Below are positions 13,031 through 25,300 of a stretch of DNA of 64,000 nt, piece by piece. This stretch comes from Eledone cirrhosa (taxonomy: Eukaryota), in assembly GCA_964016885.1 (NCBI GenBank), contig OZ024741.1, positions 25,730,001-25,794,000 on the forward strand, in the 5' to 3' direction. The first letter of the stretch is position 1; the number at the start of each line of letters is the position of its first letter. The position numbers and the translations under genes were made by a program. The notes below the pieces were generated by a model. The model saw only the letters and a program-made list of their open reading frames with translations, did no database searches and was not told where the DNA came from.

Positions 13031-14249
13031 TTAACTCAACAGAAGAGACCTCCCTACCTGATGAGTTGAGGAGGAAGTATGCCGTGGTGAAGGGGCCGAC
13101 TAATGGGTGTATGATAGGTGTAGTGGGAATGGTAAAGGAGATGAGAGGGGGAAATCAAGTTAAGTCAGCCTTGATTTAGCAGACCTACTTGTAATTGACA
13201 TTCCAGCCATGACTCCCCTGTCTTTTTTCTTCTTCAGATATCTAAGATTACTTTATTTGATGTCTCCTTTTTAAAGATAGTGTATGTCTAAGGAGGAGGT
13301 TAATTTCTGTGAGATTTGGCTGCTATTACTAGCAGATTGTGTGGCCATTATAGTCAGTTCCTTTACTGGTGGTTTTGTTTTTATTGTTTTTATTATTCCA
13401 CAACTTAAAAGCGCTCAATGCACGCGCACACATGCACGCACGCACATGCACACAGGTTCTTTTTGAAGTATGTTTTCTAAGAATAAATGGGCCTAAAATG
13501 ATATGCATCTCCCCACTCTCTCTCTCTCCCGCTCCCTCTCTCTCTATACACACACACACACACACACACAAGCCTATAGATATATTTATGCATCTATCCT
13601 ACTATATGGCAATTATTTTAATAAATGAAGAGGAGGGAGGAACGGTGAGGTAGATGATGTTGGCTTCTTTTTATGAGGTGGATATTTATAAGCTGTAGAA
13701 ACTGTTGAAAAATAAACCATTACAGATGCTACCGTGCATGTACTCCCAGGTATTGAAGAATCATCTCCCCACCTTATTAATTTATCAAATTTTTCCCATC
13801 CCCCAACTCATATTCAAGCCCCCACCCCTGATTATTAAATTTTACTAATCTATCTCCAGCAAAATTTTATTCTAAGTCGTAGCATTTCTGCAACAATTAA
13901 TTTTATTTATACATTAAAAAACATTAAACATGACAATAAAAATACATTACTAGAAATCCCATTTGTTATAAAATAAATAGGATGGGTTGGGGTCTCAATA
14001 TGTAAACTAAATGATTAATTCTGGTTTTAAAAAAATCAACGGAGACAAACCTAGAAAAATTACCGATCCCCCCCCCTAACCCCCCACCCCCATTTAAGAC
14101 CCAAGACTACACTATTCTTGAATCATTAGTAGTGGGTATCATTATTACCATTTTACATCACTCTCCACACTTGCATGGGTTTGATGTTGGACCATATTCA
14201 TTCGGAATGGTGAGGTTGCTTTCACAAGCCTGGCATCGGTTGTCACACA

Positions 14250-14597
14250 TTTCACATTGTCAAAATCTTTGACACGAATCCCAAACACAGCTTTTCATTG
14301 CTACGATACCCCAGAATGTTATGAACTTGTCTAACGCTGCTGTTAAGTAAAAAAACAAATCTCTCAGATTGTAAGTTTTTGCCTAAGAAAGATGATTTTG
14401 TTGTATTTTTCAGTAACTTCTTCAATTTCATTCGGTCTGCCTGACTTTCCATCCTGAAAAACAAAAGTTCTTCCATCTTTAAAATATCGAAACCAACCAG
14501 TAAATTGTTGCAAGGGATGGGGGTTCAGCTATGAAGGAACTCGATTATTTCTTTTGACAATTTCTAGCTCAACAAGAGAAATCTAATCACACAATAA
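14250..14597 (-). pseudogene. Decayed mariner (Tc1/mariner) transposase, N-terminal DNA-binding region
   Basis: Stitched minus frames read CVIRFLLLS*KLSKEIIEFL / PSLATIY / WFRYFKDGRTFVFQDGKSGRP...KLTI*EIC / LNSSVRQVHNILG...KLCLGFVSKILT. This matches the mariner HTH1-SGRP-HTH2-WVPHEL layout; stops and frameshifts are present. Confidence 0.8.
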
Positions 14598-14666
14598 CAA
14601 AAGTGATGAACTAAAACAAAATGTCTTTTTTTTTTTTTTTTACCTATAAGGTCTTAAGGATGTTGT

Positions 14667-14976
14667 ATCATCATCATCTTTTAGCATCCATTTTTCCAAG
14701 CTAGCATGGGTTAGACAAGTTGTCCTGTTGTGAGCAATGCCAGGTCAGTTGACCATGTCTTGCTCATACAGAACTGATTTTGGCTTGGTTTCTACAGTTG
14801 GATGCCCTTCCTGATGCCAACCACATTTACAGTGTGGACTAGGTGCTTTTTGTCATGGCCCCTTCACGACCACTTTACAGTGTGGACTGGTACTTTTTGT
14901 CATGACACCTACATGACTACTTTACAGTGGAGACTGGGTGCTTTTAATCATGTCGCCATCAAGACCACTTTACAGT
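14667..14976 (-). mobile_element. RTE 3' end with about 4 tandem 47-49 bp UTR units
   Basis: (cat)n tail, ggatgcccttcctgatgccaacc, repeated accactttacagtgtggactgggtgctttt units. Confidence 0.8.
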
Positions 14977-15199
14977 ATGTTATATATATATATATATATA
15001 CCTGCCCTAGATAGATATATATACCTGCCCTAGATAGATATATTATATATATACCCATGCAAGCATGGAAAGCTGATGTAAAAGTTGATGTATATTCTAT
15101 TATGTATGTATATAACTAATCAACATTTTTGCTAATAGAATAAGTTAATCTATTATTACTTTATAATTCCACATGTCCTTGAACAAAGAATAGGATAAT

Positions 15200-15728
15200 A
15201 GTGTGTGTGTGTGGGGGGGGGGGGCTGAACAGGGGGGGGGGGGGGGTAGCTGCACAGGAGAGGGTGGGATGGCTACACACGAGGGTGAGGGTGGGGTAAG
15301 TACACAGAGGGGGGTGAGGGTGGGGTAAGTACACAGAGGGGGGGTGGAGGGGTGGCTAGACAGGATGTGTGTTTGTGTGTGTGTAAGAGTAGCTACATAG
15401 GTGTGTGTGTGTGGAGGAGTAGGTACACAGATGTGTGTGTGGAGGAGTAGGTACACAGGTGTGTGTGTGTGTGGAGGAGTAGGTACAGTGTGTGTGTGAA
15501 GTAGCTACACAGGTGTGTGTGGAGGAGTAGCTACACAGGTGTGTGTGTAGGAGTAGTTACACAGGTGTGTGTGTGTGGAGGAAACTTCTCATTTCTATGA
15601 CCTCCATACTCCTACACACACACACCTACACATATACACACACACTCCCACATACACACACTCCCACATACACACACTCCCACATACACACACTCCCACA
15701 TACACACACTCCTACACACACACACTCC

Positions 15729-15787
<59 letters not shown>

Positions 15788-15845
15788 CTGCACTTACACA
15801 CACACACACACACTCCTGCACATACACACACCAACACCCACCCGC
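15200..15845. repeat. Compound GT/G-rich then CA/C-rich low-complexity repeats
   Basis: gtgtgtggaggagtaggtacacag units, then ctcccacatacacaca units. Confidence 0.85.
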
Positions 15846-15914
15846 CCCTCCCTCTAGACCAGGTATTGAGTACTTCATTGACTTTCATTTTCATAAGTTG
15901 CTGTTTTTGTTAAC

Positions 15915-17096
15915 ATTACTGCCACTACTACTACTACTATTACTGCCACTACTACTACTACTACTGCCACTACTACTACTACTGCCACTACTACTACTGC
16001 CACTACTACTACTGCCACTACTACTACTATTACTGCCACTACTACTACTACTACTGCTACTACTACTATTACTGCCACTACTACTACCACTACTACTACT
16101 GCCACTACTGCCACTACTACTACTACTACTATTACTACTACTACTACTACCACTACCACTACTGCCACTACTACTACTATTACTGCCACTACTACTACTA
16201 CTACTACTGCCACTACTACTGCTACTACTACTATTACTGCCACTACTACTACCACTACCACTACTGCCACTACTACTATTACTGCCACTACTGCCACTAC
16301 TACTACTACTAGTACTGCCGCTACCACTACCACTACTGCCACTACTACTACTACTATTACTGCCACTACTACTACTACTGCCACTACTACTACTACTATT
16401 ACTGCCACTACTGCCACTACTACTACTACTAGTACTGCCACTACCACTACCACTACTGCCACTACTACTACTACTATTACTGCCACTACTACTACTACTG
16501 TCACTACTACTACTACTGCCACTACTACTATTACTGCCACTACTACTACTACTGCCACTACTACTACTGCCACTACTACTATTACTGCCACTACTACTAC
16601 TGCCACTACTACTACTGCCACTACTACTACTGCCACTACTACTACTGCCACCACTACTACTACTACTACTACTGCCACTACTACTACTACTGCCACTACT
16701 ACTACTACTACTACTACTACTGCCACTACTACTACTACTACTACTGCCACTACTACTACTATTGCTACTACTACTATCACTACTGCCACTACTACTACTG
16801 CTACTACTACTACTGCCACTACTACTGCTACTACTGCCACTACTACTACTGCCACCACTACTACTACTGCCACTACTACTACTGCCACTACTACTACTAT
16901 TACTACTACTACTATCACTACTGCCACTACTACTACTACTGCCACTACTACTACTATTACTACTACTACTATCACTACTGCCACTACTACTACTGCTACT
17001 ACTACTGCCACTACTACTACTGCCACTACTACTACTGCCACCACTACTACTACTACTACTACTACTGCCACTGCCACTACTACTACTGCCACTACC

Positions 17097-17130
<34 letters not shown>

Positions 17131-17135
17131 GTACT
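15915..17135. repeat. (CTA/CTG/CCA)n compound trinucleotide array
   Basis: Explains the poly-Leu and poly-Val ORFs. Confidence 0.95.
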
Positions 17136-17291
17136 ACTCCACTACAGGTTGAAGCTTTGGTGTTGGTAGTAGTGTAGGTGGCTGTTATCTCCCTCCCTCC
17201 CTCTCTCTCATGAAATGTTGGGAAGTTTGTCTTCTATACCCAACAGGTTATTATTGTATAGCTACAGGTGTTCAATCCCCTGTAAACCTTA

Positions 17292-17548
17292 TAATAATAA
17301 TAATGAAATTATTGTGTAAAGTGCTCAGGTGCACTACAACTCATCAAAGGTGCATGTATAGTACATAGAATAATATACAAATATCAGGGAAGTGAATAGT
17401 GTATCAGTCATGATATACATGTTTGCGTGTGTATGGAGAGGGAATATTGGGTGTAGTGTTGGCGAATCTCAGGAAGCATGGAGGTTTTAAAGGATGCAGT
17501 GTCTCGACAGCTAATATGATTAAAGGTTCTAGCAACTGCAGCTATCTT
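17292..17548 (-). mobile_element. CR1-clade LINE 3' end
   Basis: Homologous to 41820-42180; minus frame ...SCRDTASFKTSMLPEIRQHYT; (TTA)n tail. Confidence 0.8.
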
Positions 17549-17620
17549 GTATTTTTCTAAACCTGTAGCTACATTATTATATATATATTTTACTGAAAAA
17601 TAATAATATTTAGTCAATAG

Positions 17621-17920
17621 CAGTGGAGTCATCTGGTGTTCTTGGACCACCTCCTTACTCACCACCATTGGTACCCCGTAACAGTGGAGACCTCTGGTGG
17701 CCTTGGCCCTTGGACCACCTCCCTACACACCTCCATTGGTACCCTGTAACAGTGGAGACCTCTGGTGTCCTTGGCCCTCAGACCACCTCCCTACTCACCA
17801 CCATCAGCATGGAGTTGGCTACCTACATGTGTGAGCCTCTTGAGATGGAATGGTCCTTCCAACGCGTCTCCCTCACCGTTCTCTGGGGAAACACCATCTC
17901 TATTTTGTTCACTGGGGCTG
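17621..17920 (+). mobile_element. CRE-like (restriction-like endonuclease) non-LTR retrotransposon C-terminal fragment with triplicated 5' end
   Basis: YPVTVETSGVLGPQTTSLL...EWSFQRVSLTVLWGNTISIL resembles the P..VET.G..G...FQRLS....RGNA consensus; cagtggag units start at 17621, 17682 and 17750. Confidence 0.7.
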
Positions 17921-18869
17921 CAGAGCAGCCAATGCATGGACCCCCATTTACTTATAATAGTGAGAGATGGAGGGAGTATTATACCAGAATTGCTGAAGAA
18001 ACTTGACACATGATAGAAATATTCTATTCCTTGTAGTTTCTTAGCTCTTTTGTTTTACGTAGAGAAAAAGAAAGCAGTAATGGAAAGGACTATAAATGCC
18101 ATAAATGAGAGGAAAAGGAGGGAAAGAGTAAGGACTATGAGGCGATGGAAGAGAGGGGGAAGGGGAGAGGGCGACAGACTCTATACCTTGTTCAGGGCAG
18201 CGTTTCAGCTGAACTAAATTGTAATGGTATTTCCGCGGACAAGTCTATTATTTTCTTAACATGGTAGGGCATAGATTGAGGGAGGATTGACTGTTGTTTC
18301 TAGGAGGTTGCCATTTGTTTAAGTTTGATGTTTATTCTGAAGTTGGCCCCTTCTAACTTTAATATGTCCAACCCATGCAATGGAAAAGCAGACGTAAAAA
18401 CGATGATGATTATGATGTCCTTTTTTAAGTTTGGGTGTTTTATTTTAAATATACAATGATTTAACAGAAAATACACAGAAAAGGGTTTTCTAACTCAAAT
18501 ATTTATATCTTTACTAGGGGACAGATTGTTGTGAGAATTTGCAGTATTAGACTTAAGACTAATTTTTAATGTGATGTAGTCGTAGTGTTGTTTTATAGTT
18601 TTTAAGGATGTTTTGTTAATGTGTCTTCATGTGGTACAGGACATTAAAAGTTAAAACAGGGATTTCCTTTAGATGATTCATGATTCAGGAATATATTCTT
18701 AGAATTCCGAAAAGACCAGCTGACTAGTGTCACTGGAATCCCTAAAAAGGAAGAATGAGAGATATTTACTCAGAGAATGTCTTTCGTTCTTTCTGTCTTT
18801 GGGAATCTGTCACAAACATTTTACCTTCTAAAGTTCATTCTTGATTCTTTTACACACGCGTGCGCATAA

Positions 18870-18900
<31 letters not shown>

Positions 18901-18938
18901 CAAAAATAAAATATATATATATATACATACACATACAA

Positions 18939-18969
<31 letters not shown>

Positions 18970-19035
18970 TATACAAATACATGTACATAAAAACATATAT
19001 ATATATGCACAAACAATATATATAATAATAATTTA

Positions 19036-19180
19036 TAATTTAGACACAAGGCCAGAAATTTGTGGAGAGGGGAAGTTGATTATATCATAACCCCAGTATT
19101 TTACTGGTACTTATAGACCCCCAGAAGGATGAAAGGCAAAGTTGAGCTAATTGGGATTCAGACTCAGATTGTAAAGAGAC
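19036..19180 (-). mobile_element. Nin/Deu-like SINE fragment
   Basis: acaaggccagaaatttg...actggtact...ggatgaaaggcaaagttg. Confidence 0.75.
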
Positions 19181-19184
19181 AGAA

Positions 19185-19397
19185 AATAATAATGATTTCT
19201 TTATTAATCACAAAGGGTTTACATAAAAAATACATTAAGGACAGCAGAGGATGGTACAGTGTGACTTTCTGTGAGTAAAAAAACAAGAAACGATAACAAA
19301 AAGACTTAAAATTAAAACAAGAAATACCTCAATAGTGGAGAGATCACTGAGAGTTACTCATGGAGAAAACCCACCAAAAGCCACATTCTCCCTGACT
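19185..19397 (-). mobile_element. Probable LINE (Tx1/L1-like) 3' UTR continuing into the 59-bp array
   Basis: Minus strand is T-rich and ends ...ttaataaagaaatcattatt (AATAAA plus tail); a similar end occurs at about 63050-63190. Confidence 0.5.
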
Positions 19398-22300
19398 GCT
19401 AGGGTATGAACCCTCTCCCAGTTGTCCTCCTCCAATACTACAGTAACACACTCAGGGCTAGGGTATGAACCCTCTCTTAGTTGTCCTCCTCCAATACTAC
19501 AGACACACACTCAGGGCTAGGGTATGAACCTTCTCCTAGTTGTTCTCCTCCAATACTACAGACATACACTCAGGGCTAGGGTATGAACCCTCTCCTAGTT
19601 GTCCTCCTCCAATACTACAGACACACACTCAGGGCTAGGGTATGAACCCTCTCCTAGTTGTCCTCCTCCAATACTACAGACACACACTCAGGGCTAGGGT
19701 ATGAACCTTCTCCTAGTTGTTCTCCTCCAATACTACAGACATACACTCAGGGCTAGGGTATGAACCCTCTCCTAGTTGTCCTCCTCCAATACTACAGACA
19801 TACACTCAGGGCTAGGGTATGTACCCTCTCCTAGTTGTCCTCCTCCAATACTACAGACACACACTCAGGGCTAGGGTATGAACCTTCTCCTAGTTGTTCT
19901 CCTCCAATACTACAGACATACACTCAGGGCTAGGGTATGAACCCTCTCCTAGTTGTCCTCCTCCAATACTACAGACACACACTCAGGGCTAGGGTATGAA
20001 CCCTCTCCTAGTTGTCCTCCTCCAATACTACAGACACACACTTAGGGCTAGGGTATGCACCCTCTCCTAGTTGTCCTCCTCCAATACTACAGACACACAC
20101 TCAGGGCTAGGGTATGTACCCTCTCCTAGTTGTCCTCCTCCAATACAACAGACACACACTCAGGGCTAGGGTATGTACCCTCTCCTAGTTGTCCTCCTCC
20201 AATACTACAGACACACACTCAGGGCTAGGGTATGTACCCTCTCCTAGTTGTCCTCCTCCAATACAACAGACACACACTCAGGGCTAGGGTATGAACCCTC
20301 TCCTAGTTGTCCTCCTCCAATACTACAGACACACACTCAGGGCTAGGGTATGAACCCTCTCCTAGTTGTCCTCCTCCAATACTACAGACACACACTCAGG
20401 GCTAGGGTATGAACCCTCTCCTAGTTGTCCTCCTCCAATACTACAGACACACATTCAGGGCTAGGGTATGCACCCTCTCTTAGTTGTCCTCCTCCAATAC
20501 TACAGACACACACTTAGGGCTAGGGTATGTACCCTCTCCTAGTTGTCCTCCTCCAATACAACAGACACACATTCAGGGCTAGGGTATGCACCCTCTCCTA
20601 GTTGTCCTCCTCCAATACTACAGACACACACTCAGGGCTAGGGTATGAACCCTCTCCTAGTTGTCCTCCTCCAATACTACAGACACACACTCAGGGCTAG
20701 GGTATGTACCCTCTCCCAGTTGTCCTCCTCCAATACTACAGACACACACTCAGGGCTAGGGTATGTACCCTCTCCTAGTTGTCCTCCTCCAATACTACAG
20801 ACACACACTCAGGGCTAGGGTATGTACCCTCTCCTAGTTGTCCTCCTCCAATACTACAGACACACATTCAGGGCTAGGGTATGCACCCTCTCTTAGTTGT
20901 CCTCCTCCAATACTACAGACACACACTTAGGGCTAGGGTATGCACCCTCTCCCAGTTGTCCTCCTCCAATACTACAGACACACACTCAGGGCTAGGGTAT
21001 GTACCCTCTCCTAGTTGTCCTCCTCCAATACTACAGACACACACTTAGGGCTAGGGTATGAACCCTCTCCTAGTTGTCCTCCTCCAATACTACAGACACA
21101 CACTTAGGGCTAGGGTATGAACCCTCTCCCAGTTGTCCTCCTCCAATACAACAGACACACACTCAGGGCTAGGGTATGTACCCTCTCCTAGTTGTCCTCC
21201 TCCAATACTACAGACACACACTCAGGGCTAGGGTATGAACCCTCTCCCAGTTGTCCTCCTCCAATACAACAGACACACACTCAGGGCTAGGGTATGTACC
21301 CTCTCCTAGTTGTCCTCCTCCAATACTACAGACACACACTCAGGGCTAGGGTATGTACCCTCTCCTAGTTGTCCTCCTCCAATACAACAGACACACATTC
21401 AGGGCTACGGTATGAACCCTCTCCCAGTTGTCCTCCTCCAATACTACAGACACACACTCAGGGCTAGGGTATGAACCCTCTCCCAGTTGTCCTCCTCCAA
21501 TACAACAGACACACATTCAGGGCTAGGGTATGCACCCTCTCTTAGTTGTCCTCCTCCAATACTACAGACACACACTTAGGGCTAGGGTATGTACCCTCTC
21601 CTAGTTGTCCTCCTCCAATACAACAGACACACATTCAGGGCTAGGGTATGCACCCTCTCCTAGTTGTCCTCCTCCAATACTACAGACACACACTCAGGGC
21701 TAGGGTATGAACCCTCTCCTAGTTGTCCTCCTCCAATACTACAGACACACACTCAGGGCTAGGGTATGTACCCTCTCCCAGTTGTCCTCCTCCAATACTA
21801 CAGACACACACTCAGGGCTAGGGTATGTACCCTCTCCTAGTTGTCCTCCTCCAATACTACAGACACACACTCAGGGCTAGGGTATGTACCCTCTCCTAGT
21901 TGTCCTCCTCCAATACTACAGACACACATTCAGGGCTAGGGTATGCACCCTCTCTTAGTTGTCCTCCTCCAATACTACAGACACACACTTAGGGCTAGGG
22001 TATGCACCCTCTCCCAGTTGTCCTCCTCCAATACTACAGACACACACTCAGGGCTAGGGTATGTACCCTCTCCTAGTTGTCCTCCTCCAATACTACAGAC
22101 ACACACTTAGGGCTAGGGTATGAACCCTCTCCTAGTTGTCCTCCTCCAATACTACAGACACACACTTAGGGCTAGGGTATGAACCCTCTCCCAGTTGTCC
22201 TCCTCCAATACAACAGACACACACTCAGGGCTAGGGTATGTACCCTCTCCTAGTTGTCCTCCTCCAATACTACAGACACACACTCAGGGCTAGGGTATGA

Positions 22301-25300
22301 ACCCTCTCCCAGTTGTCCTCCTCCAATACAACAGACACACACTCAGGGCTAGGGTATGTACCCTCTCCTAGTTGTCCTCCTCCAATACTACAGACACACA
22401 CTCAGGGCTAGGGTATGTACCCTCTCCTAGTTGTCCTCCTCCAATACAACAGACACACATTCAGGGCTACGGTATGAACCCTCTCCCAGTTGTCCTCCTC
22501 CAATACTACAGACACACACTCAGGGCTAGGGTATGAACCCTCTCCCAGTTGTCCTCCTCCAATACAACAGACACACACTCAGGGCTAGGGTATGTACCCT
22601 CTCCTAGTTGTCCTCCTCCAATACTACAGACACACACTCAGGGCTAGGGTATGAACCCTCTCCTAGTTGTCCTCCTCCAATACTACAGACACACACTCAG
22701 GGCTAGGGTATGCACCCTCTCCCAGTTGTCCTCCTCCAATACTACAGACACACATTCAGGGCTAGGGTATGCACCCTCTCTTAGTTGTCCTCCTCCAATA
22801 CTACAGACACACACTTAGGGCTAGGGTATGCACCCTCTCCCAGTTGTCCTCCTCCAATACTACAGACACACACTCAGGGCTAGGGTATGTACCCTCTCCC
22901 AGTTGTTCTCCTCCAATACTACAGACACACACTTAGGGCTAGGGTATGCACCCTCTCTTAGTTGTCCTCCTCCAATACTACAGACACACTCAGGGCTAGG
23001 GTATGCACCCTCTCCCAGTTGTCCTCCTCCAATACTACAGACACACACTTAGGGCTAGGGTATGTACCCTCTCCTAGTTGTCCTCCTCCAATACAACAGA
23101 CACACACTCAGGGCTAGGGTATGCACCCTCTCCCAGTTGTCCTCCTCCAATACAACAGACACACACTCAGGGCTAGGGTATGTACCCTCTCCTAGTTGTC
23201 CTCCTCCAATACTACAGACACACATTCAGGGCTACGGTATGAACCCTCTCCCAGTTGTCCTCCTCCAATACTACAGACACACACTCAGGGCTAGGGTATG
23301 AACCCTCTCCTAGTTGTCCTCCTCCAATACAACAGACACACACTCAGGGCTAGGGTATGTACCCTCTCCTAGTTGTCCTCCTCCAATACTACAGACACAC
23401 ATTCAGGGCTACGGTATGAACCCTCTCCCAGTTGTCCTCCTCCAATACTACAGACACACACTCAGGGCTAGGGTATGAACCCTCTCCTAGTTGTCCTCCT
23501 CCAATACTACAGACACACACTCAGGGCTAGGGTATGCACCCTCTCTTAGTTGTCCTCCTCCAATACTACAGACACACACTTAGGGCTAGGGTATGCACCC
23601 TCTCCTAGTTGTCCTCCTCCAATACTACAGACATACACTCAGGGCTAGGGTATGCACCCTCTCCTAGTTGTCCTCCTCCAATACTACAGACATACACTCA
23701 GGGCTAGGGTATGCACCCTCTCTTAGTTGTCCTCCTCCAATACTACAGACACACACTTAGGGCTAGGGTATGCACCCTCTCCTAGTTGTCCTCCTCCAAT
23801 ACTACAGACACACACTCAGGGCTAGGGTATGCACCCTCTCTTAGTTGTCCTCCTCCAATACTACAGACACACACTTAGGGCTAGGGTATGCACCCTCTCC
23901 TAGTTGTCCTCCTCCAATACTACAGACACACACTCAGGGCTAGGGTATGAACCCTCTCCTAGTTGTCCTCCAATACTACAGACACACACTCAGGGCTAGG
24001 GTATGAACCCTCTCTTAGTTGTCCTCCTCCAATACTACAGACACACATTCAGGGCTAGGGTATGAACCCTCTCCTAGTTGTCCTCCTCCAATACTACAGA
24101 CACACACTTAGGGCTAGGGTATGCACCCTCTCCTAGTTGTCCTCCTCCAATACAACAGACACACACTCAGGGCTAGGGTATGAACCCTCTCTTAGTTGTC
24201 CTCCTCCAATACTACAGACACACATTCAGGGCTAGGGTATGAACCCTCTCCTAGTTGTCCTCCTCCAATACAACAGACACACACTCAGGGCTAGGGTATG
24301 AACCCTCTCTTAGTTGTCCTCCAATACTACAGACACACATTCAGGGCTAGGGTATGAACCCTCTCCTAGTTGTCCTCCTCCAATACTACAGACACACACT
24401 TAGGGCTAGGGTATGCACCCTCTCCTAGTTGTCCTCCTCCAATACAACAGACACACACTCAGGGCTAGGGTATGAACCCTCTCTTAGTTGTCCTCCTCCA
24501 ATACTACAGACACACATTCAGGGCTAGGGTATGAACCCTCTCCTAGTTGTCCTCCTCCAATACTACAGACACACACTTAGGGCTAGGGTATGCACCCTCT
24601 CCTAGTTGTCCTCCTCCAATACAACAGACACACACTCAGGGCTAGGGTATGAACCCTCTCTTAGTTGTCCTCCTCCAATACTACAGACACACATTCAGGG
24701 CTAGGGTATGAACCCTCTCCTAGTTGTCCTCCTCCAATACTACAGACACACACTCAGGGCTAGGGTATGCACCCTCTCCTAGTTGTCCTCCTCCAATACA
24801 ACAGACACACACTCAGGGCTAGGGTATGAACCCTCTCTTAGTTGTCCTCCTCCAATACTACAGACACACACTCAGGGCTAGGGTATGCACCCTCTCCTAG
24901 TTGTCCTCCTCCAATACAACAGACACACACTCAGGGCTAGGGTATGAACCCTCTCCTAGTTGTCCTCCTCCAATACTACAGACACACACTTAGGGCTAAG
25001 GTATGCACCCTCTCCTAGTTGTCCTCCTCCAATACAACAGACACACACTCAGGGCTAGGGTATGAACCCTCTCCTAGTTGTCCTCCTCCAATACTACAGA
25101 CACACACTCAGGGCTAGGGTATGTACCCTCTCCTAGTTGTCCTCCTCCAATACAACAGACACACACTCAGGGCTAGGGTATGAACCCTCTCCTAGTTGTC
25201 CTCCTCCAATACTACAGACACACATTCAGGGCTAGGGTATGAACCCTCTCCTAGTTGTCCTCCTCCAATACTACAGACACACACTCAGGGCTAGGGTATG

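Noticed and set aside
15875-17169. Poly-Val and poly-Leu ORFs (likewise 50866-52076, 49431-50709 and the His/Thr and Cys/Val ORFs)
   Set aside because: Translations of simple repeats.
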